This document shows, in pieces, positions 18,490-28,739 of a stretch of DNA of 64,000 nucleotides. The position numbers and the translations under genes are program-made. The notes beneath the pieces were generated by a model that did not search any database, was not told where the DNA came from, and worked only from the letters and a program-made list of their open reading frames with translations. Position 1 is the first letter of the stretch. Each line of letters begins with the position of its first letter. The stretch comes from Candidatus Thorarchaeota archaeon. GTDB taxonomy: Archaea > Asgardarchaeota > Thorarchaeia > Thorarchaeales > Thorarchaeaceae. The stretch is taken from the NCBI GenBank assembly GCA_011364905.1, contig RDNZ01000004.1:1-64000 (forward strand), in the 5' to 3' direction.

Positions 18490-19365
18490 TCAGTCGAAAC
18501 CAAGATCATACGCAATTGAATCAAAGATGTCATCGACGTCTTCATCCGGTTTTTCACCAGAAATCCTTACGGGAATATTCACAAACGGATCAATTTCCCA
18601 TCGCATCTCTAGTACAACCTTGAGAAAATATGTTGTAGCAATGAGTTTGGACTTAAATGGTACTCGACGCCACCCCTCTCCAACTATTTCTTCTTGCCAC
18701 TCATGAAAGTCGTCAGGCGAAAACGGAACGAATTTGCGCTTTAGTGTGACATCATGGGTGTCTTTACTGTTCCTACACTTGACGAACTCTTTTCTTCTTA
18801 CTTCGAAACGCACACCATTAATGCGTGAGTGTTCCTCAACCATGAAGCGAACTAGAATTCCCTTGTTTATTCTAAGTATATCGCTTTGGAGTTCTATATG
18901 GAGCTTATCCTTATCTTTGTTTATAGGGCTATATCCATCAACTTCTGGAATGTACTCGGGTTGAATTGGCAGAACTCTAAATCGTCGTGTCATCTTTGGA
19001 TCGAGGGTCCAGTCCATTTCAACAACTGCTTCAACGCTGTACTCAATCCAACCACAATAACCGGAATAGGTTGGTGGGAGACCCTCCTCCAGTCTGAATT
19101 TGAATGGAAACTCGCTTCTACCGCTGGAAACCTCTTGGGCCTCACATAGCACTATTCTTCCTTTAACAAGGACAACCTCATCCGTGATGCTATATTCTCC
19201 GCCTCCCAGCTCAGTCCTTTCCTTTCCTTTAATCTTCAGTACTACTCTATTACATTCGAATGCTTTGTCGGTATTAATAACGACAACTCCACTTATGATA
19301 CCTCCCGGACGAGCTTCTCGTTCAGAGAACTTGATGTCTACAAACCTCATCTGTGTTTCAGCCAC
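18490..19365 (-). CDS. Two-domain arrestin-fold protein (paralogue)
   Basis: N domain: PGGIISGVVVI...EFPFKFRLEEGLPPTYSGYCGWIEYSVEAVVEMDW. C domain: LIATTYFLKVV...VNIPVRI. Confidence 0.87.
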   Translation of the reverse strand: MAETQMRFVDIKFSEREARPGGIISGVVVINTDKAFECNRVVLKIKGKERTELGGGEYSITDEVVLVKGRIVLCEAQEVSSGRSEFPFKFRLEEGLPPTYSGYCGWIEYSVEAVVEMDWTLDPKMTRRFRVLPIQPEYIPEVDGYSPINKDKDKLHIELQSDILRINKGILVRFMVEEHSRINGVRFEVRRKEFVKCRNSKDTHDVTLKRKFVPFSPDDFHEWQEEIVGEGWRRVPFKSKLIATTYFLKVVLEMRWEIDPFVNIPVRISGEKPDEDVDDIFDSIAYDLGFD

Positions 19366-19422
19366 TGCTCATGTTTTCTCATGGGAACAAATATTCTTTT
19401 GCAGTAAAGAGCGGACTTAGTG

Positions 19423-20124
19423 TCACTCTGTGGCTAGTAGCATTTTCTCTCCCTGCGTAAACAAAACCTTTTGCGAGTCTGAGAAGGTCAAACCTATACC
19501 TCCGAGATATGGCTCGCGATCCCCTTGAACAAGAGGTCGATTGAAAAGCATCCGCTTCGCACTCATTAATGCGAGGTCATGTGTGACATGAATATGTATC
19601 ATGTTGCTTTTCGCTGAGTGAAGTCGTTGTATCGTGTCTGCCGTCAATCGATGTTGATAATCAACAAATGGTTCCATTTTTTCACCAAACAAGCCATCCG
19701 CCCAGGTGTTAACAAAATCTGTCACATTTTTGCCGTCTGGATGCAGGTTTTTCCAAACCTCACGTTCAATGACCTGTGGCCCAACAAGAGAGGCAAGAGC
19801 ATCGATATCCAACACTTCTCCTCCGCGTTGAGTGAATCCCTCAGCAATCGCCTCTGCTGTTTCAAAGCATCTTGGGACGAAACTGGTGTAGATTTGCATC
19901 TTCCCTTTGCGAGGTATCCGCTTCCCGAGTTCCAGTGCCATCTTCTTGCCTAACTCAGTTAATCCTCCACTCACCATTTCATCGTGATTCTGAATGGTTT
20001 CCCGGTGCGAGTGTCGAACAAGGAACATGACTGACTGGGACTGTGGAACTGTCGCCATCCACTCCAAAATCTTCTTGGCATTCTGAACCCATTCCTGATT
20101 CTCCCATGTATGTTTGTCAGTCAT
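19423..20124 (-). CDS. Histidine phosphatase family protein
   Basis: Motifs LVRHSHR, LTELG, TSFVPRCFETA and VTHD. Confidence 0.85.
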   Translation of the reverse strand: MTDKHTWENQEWVQNAKKILEWMATVPQSQSVMFLVRHSHRETIQNHDEMVSGGLTELGKKMALELGKRIPRKGKMQIYTSFVPRCFETAEAIAEGFTQRGGEVLDIDALASLVGPQVIEREVWKNLHPDGKNVTDFVNTWADGLFGEKMEPFVDYQHRLTADTIQRLHSAKSNMIHIHVTHDLALMSAKRMLFNRPLVQGDREPYLGGIGLTFSDSQKVLFTQGEKMLLATE

Positions 20125-20141
20125 CGTTTTCCCTCATGCAA

Positions 20142-20564
20142 TCAGAAATTCTCACGCACTCCAACCTGCACTGTCCTCTGACAACTAGGACATATTAAGT
20201 CTCCAGATCCTATCCATTCAACCATGCCTAGATCAAGCTTAGTCATGCAGTGAGGACAGTAGACTGGTATCACATAGACAGAGCCAGTTGATTGCTGGTC
20301 GTATGCGGGATAGGATGGTCGCACGTATGTCCGTCGGACCATTGTTTGGTCACTCGTATTTCCACCTCCCACCTTGACAGCTACCCAGATTAGAAGGAAG
20401 ATGAAGAACATCGCACCAAAGGTCCAACCAAAGATCGGTATTAGTATGGGCCATACATACTCTGCGATTCCAAGTGCCTCAAACATGATATAGAGCAAGA
20501 GGAACACTCCTCCGAAAACTATCATCATGATTATAGCAACTCTTGCACAGACATTGTCACTCAA
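20142..20564 (-). CDS. 2-TM membrane protein with Tyr/Pro/Ser-rich tail and C-terminal Zn ribbon
   Basis: Two hydrophobic helices and CPHC...CPSC. Confidence 0.75.
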   Translation of the reverse strand: MSDNVCARVAIIMMIVFGGVFLLLYIMFEALGIAEYVWPILIPIFGWTFGAMFFIFLLIWVAVKVGGGNTSDQTMVRRTYVRPSYPAYDQQSTGSVYVIPVYCPHCMTKLDLGMVEWIGSGDLICPSCQRTVQVGVRENF

Positions 20565-20981
20565 GTGGAATCACTGGTTTCATCTCATTCAGGCATCCTA
20601 TAAAGGTTCAGAGAAGGTAAATATCATATGGGGCTGAACGCTCACATTTTTTGGGCCTCTGTATTATTGCTCACCTGAGTTGTTTTTCTTGAAGTCTCTT
20701 TGAGAATCCAAAACGCAAAGCGATGTAAAGAACTGCACTCTCTCGGAATGACCGAGCTTCAAAGATTAATATAAGGTTCTCCGGATTTTGCAGGTCAGTA
20801 GTAATCTCTGTGTTAGTTTCGACCATCTCTCTGGGTGATTCCAGTTTGCTAGAATGGGTGACAAAGCCTAAGAAAGTCCTAGTAGGAGTGTCATCCGCGG
20901 AGTGATATCGAGGCGTGGCAGGTACCGCAAAGGTTACTTACGGTCAGGTAAGAGGCGTCCAGACTGAGTGAGGAAGAGCAG

Positions 20982-22964
20982 ATGAGCGAATTCAAACTTG
21001 AGGCCCCATTCAATCCCACGGGTGATCAACCTCAAGCGATAGAAAAGCTGTTGGAGGGACTTGAAAGTGGACTTCGGCATCAGACTCTTCTAGGTGTCAC
21101 GGGATCTGGCAAAACTTTCACTATGGCTAATGTGATTGAAGCATACAACAAGCCCACGCTGGTAATCTCACATAACAAGACGCTTGCTGCTCAGCTTGCC
21201 TCAGAGTACAAGCAGTTCTTTCCGGATGCTGGTGTGGAGTACTTCGTTAGCTATTATGATTACTATCAACCTGAGGCCTATGTTCCCAGTAAGGACATGT
21301 ACATTGAGAAGGAAACAGACATCAACCAAGAGATTGAACGACTTCGCCATTCTGCAACTCACTCCCTGAGGTCACGGAAGGATGTCATAGTGGTTGCATC
21401 TGTATCTTGCATATATGGCGTTGGGGACCCGAGCGAGTACGATTATTTCAGGATGTACATTGAACGGGGGGGTCAGGTTGATCGTCGGGAGATCCTCGAA
21501 CGACTTGTGGCAATGCAGTACGAGCGAAATGACATGGAGATCAAGCCTGGAGTTTTTCGTGTGCGTGGAGATGTCATTGATGTTTATCCTGCCGCTTCGG
21601 AGAACAGCTATCGAATTGAGCTGGATGGCGACAAGGTTCACAGGCTCACAATGCTTGAGGGACTAACCGCGAGAAAGATGTATGAACCCGATTGGATTGA
21701 GCTGTTCCCGGCTAAACACCATATCGCTCGACATGAAACGGTCATTGACGCTCTTGATCCAATCGAGCAAGAGATGGAAGAACGTGTTGAATGGTTCAGA
21801 AAGCAGGGCAAACTCGTGGAGGCTGAACGACTCAAGAGACGCACGCTCTATGACCTCGAAATGCTTAGAGAGATTGGTATGTGCTCAGGTATTGAGAACT
21901 ACTCTCGCTTCATAGATGGTAGAGCGGTGGGTGAAAAACCCTATACTCTACTTGACTACTTCCCAGAAGACTTTCTCATGATACTCGATGAGAGTCACAT
22001 GACTATACCCCAGATCCGCGGGATGTACAATGGTGACCTATCGAGAAAGCAGAATCTCGTTGACTATGGATTTAGACTGCCATCAGCCATTGACAACAGA
22101 CCACTCAAGTTCCCTGAGTTCGAGAAGTACATGAAGCATGTTATCTATACTAGTGCCACACCTGGTCCTTACGAGCAAAAAGTCAGTCAACAAATCGTAG
22201 AGCAGCTGTTGAGACCGACAGGACTTCTGGACCCAGCTGTGACTGTTCGACCTGTGGTAGGGCAAGTAGACCACCTGCTCGGAGAGATTAACAAGACCGT
22301 AGAGAATGGCGACCGTGTCCTTGTGACCACACTTACAAAGAAGACATCGGAAATGTTGAGTGAGTATCTCGTCGAGGCTGGCGTGAAAGCCCGATACCTT
22401 CACTCTGACATAGGGACTGTCGAGCGGATTGAAATTGTACGTCAGCTCCGACAGGGGAAGTACGATGTTCTTGTGGGAATCAACCTTCTGCGTGAAGGGC
22501 TGGACCTTCCCGAAGTCGGACTGGTAGCCATCCTAGATGCGGACAAGGAAGGATTCCTGAGGACTGACTGGGCACTCATACAGACTATGGGCCGGGCTGC
22601 TCGGAACGCCAACGGCCGAGTCATTCTCTATGGCGACCACACTTCTGCAGCGATGCAGACCGCCATCGACGAGACCAATCGCAGACGTGCGTACCAGATG
22701 AAATACAATGAGGAGCATGGGATTGAACCTGCCTCAATCATCAAGTCAATCAGAGATATCGCTGAAGGCATCAAGGCCTCAGAGAAAGAGACCCAGACTA
22801 AGTTAGAGGACTTCGATCCGTTTGAGGTGGATGAGCTGACGGACTACATCGTAGATCTTGAAGAACAGATGAAAGAAGCGGCAAGAGAGCTTGAGTTCGA
22901 AAAGGCTGCTCGTCTCAGGGACCAGATAGCGTCCCTTCGCAAGAGGATAGAGGGAATAGAATAG
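20982..22964 (+). CDS. uvrB: Excinuclease ABC subunit B
   Basis: Motifs GVTGSGKT, YYDYYQPEAY, DESH, GINLLREGLD, QTMGRAARN and C-terminal FEKAARLRD. Confidence 0.99.
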   Translation: MSEFKLEAPFNPTGDQPQAIEKLLEGLESGLRHQTLLGVTGSGKTFTMANVIEAYNKPTLVISHNKTLAAQLASEYKQFFPDAGVEYFVSYYDYYQPEAYVPSKDMYIEKETDINQEIERLRHSATHSLRSRKDVIVVASVSCIYGVGDPSEYDYFRMYIERGGQVDRREILERLVAMQYERNDMEIKPGVFRVRGDVIDVYPAASENSYRIELDGDKVHRLTMLEGLTARKMYEPDWIELFPAKHHIARHETVIDALDPIEQEMEERVEWFRKQGKLVEAERLKRRTLYDLEMLREIGMCSGIENYSRFIDGRAVGEKPYTLLDYFPEDFLMILDESHMTIPQIRGMYNGDLSRKQNLVDYGFRLPSAIDNRPLKFPEFEKYMKHVIYTSATPGPYEQKVSQQIVEQLLRPTGLLDPAVTVRPVVGQVDHLLGEINKTVENGDRVLVTTLTKKTSEMLSEYLVEAGVKARYLHSDIGTVERIEIVRQLRQGKYDVLVGINLLREGLDLPEVGLVAILDADKEGFLRTDWALIQTMGRAARNANGRVILYGDHTSAAMQTAIDETNRRRAYQMKYNEEHGIEPASIIKSIRDIAEGIKASEKETQTKLEDFDPFEVDELTDYIVDLEEQMKEAARELEFEKAARLRDQIASLRKRIEGIE

Positions 22965-25855
22965 TGAAGAGCGCGACCAACGACAGAAGCAAGGGCACGC
23001 CTGATGTCGCACTAGATGGCCCTCAGTCCATAGTAGTCGTTGGTGCTGCAGAACACAATCTTCGTCATATTGACTGTGAGATTCCAAAGAACAGTTTCAC
23101 GGTGGTCACAGGAGTCAGCGGCTCCGGGAAGAGCTCCTTGGTCTTTGATACCATCTTCGCAGAGGGGCAAAGGAGGTTCATTGAGTCACTCTCTGCGTAT
23201 GCTCGGCAGTTCCTCGGGATGCTCGAGAAACCAAAGGTCGACTTCATGTCGGGTCTCTCGCCGTCTATCTCCATTGACCAAAAGAGCGTGGGTCGGAACC
23301 CGAGAAGCACAGTCGGGACCATCACCGAGATCTATGACTATCTACGTCTGCTCTATGCCCGTGTGGGAGTACCTCATTGTCCCAACTGCGGAAAGGTGAT
23401 TGAGCCACAGACATCGCAGCAAATGGTCGATCGTGTTCTCATGCTTGAAGAGGGCACGCACATTATGATTCTAGCACCCATAGTACGGGGGCGAAAAGGG
23501 GAGTATCGGAGAGAGTTCCGGGATCTTTTGAAGAAGGGATTCATCCGCGCGAAGGTCGATGGTGAGCTGATGGAGCTCGAGGACGGGATGTCCCTGGACC
23601 GATATTTCGAACATACCATCGAGGTCGTTGTTGACAGGCTCCGAGTCAAACCATCTGAGCGAGCGCGTATCTCCGAGGCAATCGAGACCTCTCTCAACAT
23701 GGCTGACGGAGTCGTTACAATAGAGAAGGGAGATGGCAATCTGACACTCTCCGAGCAGTTTGCCTGCGTAGACTGCGGTATCAGTCTTCCAGAGATGGAG
23801 CCACGTATCTTCTCCTGGAACACACCTCAAGGCGCATGTACGAATTGCACGGGTCTCGGAGTTGTTCGGGAGTTCGACCCAGACCTCTTCATCAAAGACC
23901 CTAACCTGTCCCTCAATCAGGGTGCCATGATCCCTGACAACTGGGTGCTGCGACGAGACCTATTCAAAAAAGTTGCTGACAAGTACGGGTTCACCCTGGA
24001 TATGCCTTGGAAGGACTTCACTGACAAGCAGAAAGAAATTGTCTTCTATGGTACAAAAGAGAAGTATGACGTGACCTGGGAGAGTGAGAATGAGGACTAC
24101 GAGGTAAAGTTTGCAGGTCACTATAAAAGAGCCTTTGAAGGATTTTTCACTCGGGCGCAACGGACTTACAAGAAGACTAAGTCGGAGTGGCGGAGAAGAG
24201 AGATGGAACGGCTGATGTCAATCCAACCTTGCCCAGTCTGCAAGGGTGACCGTCTTAAGCCCGAATCTCAGGCTATTACCATTGGTGGTCGGTCCATCTC
24301 AAGCCTTGGTAGCCTCTCAATCAAGGACCTCCGTGAGTTTATCGATAATTTGAAGATCAAGAAAGAACTCAGACCAGTGGCTGATCCCATCATCAAGGAG
24401 ATCACCGGAAGGATTGGATTCCTTCAGGACGTCGGGCTCGAATACCTGACTCTTGAGCGATCTGCTCCGTCTCTAGCTGGTGGAGAAAGTCAGAGGATTC
24501 GGCTAGCGAGTCAAATCGGCTCAAACCTCGTTGGAGTTACCTATGTGTGCGATGAGCCCAGTATTGGGCTCCATGCTCGAGACAATGAGCGACTCCTCAA
24601 ATCGTTGAAGAACCTCAGAGACCTTGGGAACACTGTGCTTGTGGTCGAGCATGATGAAGAGACAATCCGAAGTGCAGACTATGTGATTGACTTGGGCCCC
24701 GGCGCTGGAGCTGAGGGTGGTGAAGTTGTCATTGCTGGTACACTGGACAAGATTCTCAAGTCAAAAGACTCGCTGACCGCTAAGTACCTCCGTGGCGAGG
24801 AAAAGATTCCTGTGCCGAATGAGCGAAGAAAACCGAACGGGCGATTTATTGAGGTCCGCGGTTGTCGTCATAATAACCTGAAGAACATAAACGTGAGGAT
24901 CCCACTTGGGCTATTTATAGCAATCACCGGCGTGAGTGGGTCCGGGAAGTCATCGTTGGTTGTGGAAACCCTACAACGTGAATTGGCACGAAGATTCCAC
25001 CACGCAGAGGCTAAGCCTGGTGCTCACGATGAGATAGTTGGCATCGACCAACTCGATAAAGTCATAGTCATCGATCAGAGTCCCATTGGACGAACACCTC
25101 GTTCTAATCCTGCCACGTATGTTGGACTCTGGAGTCCATTACGAGAGATGTTTTCGAACCTGCCGGAGTCAAGGATTCGGGGCTACAAGCCGGGTCGGTT
25201 CAGTTTCAATGTTAAGGGTGGTCGGTGCGAGACCTGCAAGGGGGCAGGTGTAGAAGTCATCGAGATGCAGTTCCTTCCACCTGTTGAGGTCACTTGTAGT
25301 GAGTGCAAGGGTCGAAGGTACAATAGGGAAACCCTTCAGGTGAGATACAAGGGCAAGAACATTGCTGATATCCTCGATATGAGGATTGATGAAGCGTACC
25401 CATTCTTTGAAGGAATACCATCGATACATCGACGACTTGCGACTCTTACTGCAGTTGGTATGGGTTACGTGAAGCTTGGACAACCCGCTACGACTCTCAG
25501 TGGGGGTGAAGCGCAAAGAATCAAGCTGAGCAAGTTCCTCTCGAGGCCTGCTACTGGACAGACTTTGATTTTATTAGATGAGCCCACAACAGGGCTTCAT
25601 TTCGCGGACATCAAGAAGCTACTTGAGGTCTTACATCGATTGGTTGACCTCGGAAACACAGTCTTAGTAATTGAGCATCAGCTGGATGTGGTGAAGACTG
25701 CAGATTGGGTGATTGATCTTGGTCCCGAGGGAGGCGATGATGGTGGATATATTGTTGCTGAAGGGACACCTGAGGACATAGTTGCTTGTCCGACCTCATA
25801 TACTGGGAAATACCTGGAGGAATTTCTGAGCGCACCTGGAGGGAAGAAGAAGTGA
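22964..25855 (+). CDS. uvrA: Excinuclease ABC subunit A (copy 1)
   Basis: Two ABC NBDs (GVSGSGKSS twice), Zn modules, UvrB-binding insert and [13 protein letters not shown]. Confidence 0.98.
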   Translation: MKSATNDRSKGTPDVALDGPQSIVVVGAAEHNLRHIDCEIPKNSFTVVTGVSGSGKSSLVFDTIFAEGQRRFIESLSAYARQFLGMLEKPKVDFMSGLSPSISIDQKSVGRNPRSTVGTITEIYDYLRLLYARVGVPHCPNCGKVIEPQTSQQMVDRVLMLEEGTHIMILAPIVRGRKGEYRREFRDLLKKGFIRAKVDGELMELEDGMSLDRYFEHTIEVVVDRLRVKPSERARISEAIETSLNMADGVVTIEKGDGNLTLSEQFACVDCGISLPEMEPRIFSWNTPQGACTNCTGLGVVREFDPDLFIKDPNLSLNQGAMIPDNWVLRRDLFKKVADKYGFTLDMPWKDFTDKQKEIVFYGTKEKYDVTWESENEDYEVKFAGHYKRAFEGFFTRAQRTYKKTKSEWRRREMERLMSIQPCPVCKGDRLKPESQAITIGGRSISSLGSLSIKDLREFIDNLKIKKELRPVADPIIKEITGRIGFLQDVGLEYLTLERSAPSLAGGESQRIRLASQIGSNLVGVTYVCDEPSIGLHARDNERLLKSLKNLRDLGNTVLVVEHDEETIRSADYVIDLGPGAGAEGGEVVIAGTLDKILKSKDSLTAKYLRGEEKIPVPNERRKPNGRFIEVRGCRHNNLKNINVRIPLGLFIAITGVSGSGKSSLVVETLQRELARRFHHAEAKPGAHDEIVGIDQLDKVIVIDQSPIGRTPRSNPATYVGLWSPLREMFSNLPESRIRGYKPGRFSFNVKGGRCETCKGAGVEVIEMQFLPPVEVTCSECKGRRYNRETLQVRYKGKNIADILDMRIDEAYPFFEGIPSIHRRLATLTAVGMGYVKLGQPATTLSGGEAQRIKLSKFLSRPATGQTLILLDEPTTGLHFADIKKLLEVLHRLVDLGNTVLVIEHQLDVVKTADWVIDLGPEGGDDGGYIVAEGTPEDIVACPTSYTGKYLEEFLSAPGGKKK

Positions 25856-28710
25856 CAGGCTACATCAAGGTGCGCAAGGCGGAGGAACACAATCTCAAGA
25901 AGATAGATGTCGATATCCCCCGAGACCGACTTGTAGTTGTCACAGGTCCGAGTGGTTCTGGAAAGAGTACGCTCGTGTTTGATACGATCTTTGCTGAGGG
26001 ACAGCGACGGTATGTTGAATCACTGTCATCGTACGCTCGTAGATTTCTTGGGAGACTGGATAAACCTAAGGTTGACAAGATCACAGGTCTCCCACCTGCC
26101 ATCTCGATTGAACAGAAGGGACGGACAAAGAATCCCCGGAGCACAGTTGCAACGAGCACAGAGATACAGGACTATCTCCGTCTTCTCTACGCAAACATCG
26201 GGATTCCGCACTGTGTTCAGTGTGGTCGACCCATGGAGCAGCTCACAGCAGAGTCTGCAGCCCGTCTTCTTCTTGATGAGAACGGCGGTCAGAAGATTCA
26301 CATCCTCGCCCCAATCGTAAGAGGTGAAACAGGCAATCAGCAGGAGAAGCTTGACAGCTTATTCAAGAATGGTTTTGCCCGGGTCCGGGCTGACGGCAAG
26401 ATACTGGAAATAGAAGATGTCCAGCTGGATGCTCGAATGAAACATGATATCGAAGTCGTTGTTGACCGTTTGGACTTGAGTCAGAAGATTCGCGAGCGAC
26501 TGATTGGGTCCCTGGAAACTGCCCTTGAAACGGGAGAAGGTGCTGCTATCGTTGCACGTGACGATCAACCTGATCTGGTCTTTGCAGAGCAACTAATGTG
26601 TCCAAAGTGTGGCATCCAATATGAAAAACTAGGACCCAAGGCGTTCTCCTACAACAGACCTGATGGTGCATGTCCAACATGCAATGGTCTTGGAGTCACA
26701 ATGTCTATTGACCCTAATCTTATAGTTCCTGACAAGAACATGACTATACGCGACATCAGTCGCAGAGTGAATGGGAGAGAGCGAGCCTGGTTCCTGAAGC
26801 GGCTGCAGACTCTCGGAGAAATGAAAGGGTTCACCCTTGATACGAAATACAAGGATCTCACAAAAACGCAAGTTGATGCTTTTATGTGGGGAAAGCCCAA
26901 TATCATGCTCTCCTACGTTATGGAGGGCGAAGAGTCCTACTGGGAGATCGAACGGAAATGGATTGGTCTGGTTCCATGGCTTGAGAGGCTCTTTGAGAAC
27001 AGCAAGAGTAGTGACAAGCAGTGGTACCAGTGGTGGGCTAGGAGGATTGCTAACGAGTTTTCAAGGAAGTTGACTTGTGAGTCCTGTGGAGGTCGAAAGC
27101 TCAAGCCTGAGAGTCTTGCAGTCACTGTCAGCGGGAAACCCATCGATGAGTTGACTTTGATGACCATCGAGGAAGCTGTTGAGTTCTTCGATAATATCAA
27201 GCTCTCAGAGCGAGAGCGAAAGATTGCAGAGCTCGTCTTGAAGGAGATTCGTGTTCGACTCAAGTTCCTCTGTTCAGTCGGTCTGGAGTACCTGAACCTT
27301 GACAGGTCATCTATGACTCTTTCAGGCGGTGAAAGCCAGAGAATTCGTTTAGCCACGCAGATAGGTTCTGCACTCACAGGTGTCCTCTATTGTCTAGACG
27401 AACCTTCCATAGGTCTCCACCCCCGTGACATCAACCGACTCATCGAGACCTTCTACCATCTCCGATCTCTAGGGAACACGGTCGTTGTGATTGAGCATGA
27501 CCGGGACACAATATCTGCGGCTGACCACCTCATTGACCTTGGGCCGTTAGCTGGCACACATGGTGGCGAAGTGGTTGCGGTGGGACCCCCCTCTGAAGTG
27601 CTTGCTGATCCGAAGTCGCTCACAGCACAGTATCTAGCCGGTGCAAAACAGATCCCAGTTCCTGAAAAACGAAGGAATGGCAATGGAGCAAGTATTGTGG
27701 TCCGTAACGCTAGGGCTAACAATCTGAAGGGAATCAATGTGGAGTTTCCACTGGGAAAGATGATCTGTGTGACAGGCGTTTCAGGTGCTGGAAAGAGTTC
27801 ACTCACCTATGATACGCTGTACAAGGCACTTGCCAGAACGATGAATGGTTCCAATGTCCACCCAGGACCACATGATTCCATTGGAGGTGTCGAGAACCTA
27901 GACAGACTGGTTCTCGTGGATCAGTCTCCGATAGGCCGAACGCCTCGCAGTAATCCTGCAACCTACACAAAGACCTTTGGAGAGATCAGAAACCTCCTTG
28001 CAAAGATGCCTGAGGCAAAGGCACGTGGTTTCAGCCCCGGTAGGTTCAGTTTCAATACTCGGGAGGGTCGATGCGAGAAGTGCAAGGGGAGCGGTCTCAT
28101 ACAGGTCGAGATGCACTTCATGTCTGACGTCTTCATCACTTGCGATGTTTGTAAAGGGAAGCGGTTTGATAGAGAAACCCTAGAGGTTACTTACAAGGGC
28201 AAGAATATCACAGAGATCCTCGGACTGACCATAGATGAGGCCCTTGAATTCTTCGCTGACATTCCGAAGATTGCAGACAAGCTTCAGACACTGGTTGACG
28301 TGGGTCTGGGTTATTTACAACTCGGGCAACCCGCCACTCAATTAAGTGGTGGAGAAGCGCAACGAATGAAGCTTGCATCAGAACTCTCACGGAGATCTAC
28401 AGGCAAGACACTCTACCTTCTAGATGAACCTACGACTGGTCTCTCTGCATCGGATATCCACGTCCTTCTGCGAGTCATTAACCGGCTTGTGGATGCTGGG
28501 AATACAGCAATAGTCGTCGAGCACAACCTCGAGGTGATCAAGACTGCTGACTGGGTGATAGACTTAGGGCCAGAGGGCGGAGATGCTGGTGGTAGGCTTG
28601 TGGCGCAGGGCACACCTGAGCATCTGTGCGAGGAGTGGAAGTCATACACAGGGAACTATCTCAGAAACGCTCTATATGGCCCGAACGTCCGCCACGGTCC
28701 ATTGAATTAG
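25852..28710 (+). CDS. uvrA: Excinuclease ABC subunit A (copy 2)
   Basis: Full-length second UvrA ([23 protein letters not shown] twice). Its GTG start overlaps the TGA of copy 1 (GTGA). Confidence 0.97.
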   Translation: MTGYIKVRKAEEHNLKKIDVDIPRDRLVVVTGPSGSGKSTLVFDTIFAEGQRRYVESLSSYARRFLGRLDKPKVDKITGLPPAISIEQKGRTKNPRSTVATSTEIQDYLRLLYANIGIPHCVQCGRPMEQLTAESAARLLLDENGGQKIHILAPIVRGETGNQQEKLDSLFKNGFARVRADGKILEIEDVQLDARMKHDIEVVVDRLDLSQKIRERLIGSLETALETGEGAAIVARDDQPDLVFAEQLMCPKCGIQYEKLGPKAFSYNRPDGACPTCNGLGVTMSIDPNLIVPDKNMTIRDISRRVNGRERAWFLKRLQTLGEMKGFTLDTKYKDLTKTQVDAFMWGKPNIMLSYVMEGEESYWEIERKWIGLVPWLERLFENSKSSDKQWYQWWARRIANEFSRKLTCESCGGRKLKPESLAVTVSGKPIDELTLMTIEEAVEFFDNIKLSERERKIAELVLKEIRVRLKFLCSVGLEYLNLDRSSMTLSGGESQRIRLATQIGSALTGVLYCLDEPSIGLHPRDINRLIETFYHLRSLGNTVVVIEHDRDTISAADHLIDLGPLAGTHGGEVVAVGPPSEVLADPKSLTAQYLAGAKQIPVPEKRRNGNGASIVVRNARANNLKGINVEFPLGKMICVTGVSGAGKSSLTYDTLYKALARTMNGSNVHPGPHDSIGGVENLDRLVLVDQSPIGRTPRSNPATYTKTFGEIRNLLAKMPEAKARGFSPGRFSFNTREGRCEKCKGSGLIQVEMHFMSDVFITCDVCKGKRFDRETLEVTYKGKNITEILGLTIDEALEFFADIPKIADKLQTLVDVGLGYLQLGQPATQLSGGEAQRMKLASELSRRSTGKTLYLLDEPTTGLSASDIHVLLRVINRLVDAGNTAIVVEHNLEVIKTADWVIDLGPEGGDAGGRLVAQGTPEHLCEEWKSYTGNYLRNALYGPNVRHGPLN

Positions 28711-28739
28711 ATTGAGTTGACAAAAAGCCACGATTGAGG

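Noticed and set aside
20671-20826. 51-aa minus-strand ORF (MVETNTEITT...) upstream of uvrB
   Set aside because: No clear SD or motif, and it overlaps the likely promoter. Cannot be supported.
25786-25860. Programmed -1 frameshift fusing uvrA1 and uvrA2 into a double-length UvrA
   Set aside because: The -1 frame is open for about 66 nt, but there is no in-frame X XXY YYZ slippery heptamer. A GTGA overlap with a purine-rich SD explains the layout as translational coupling.
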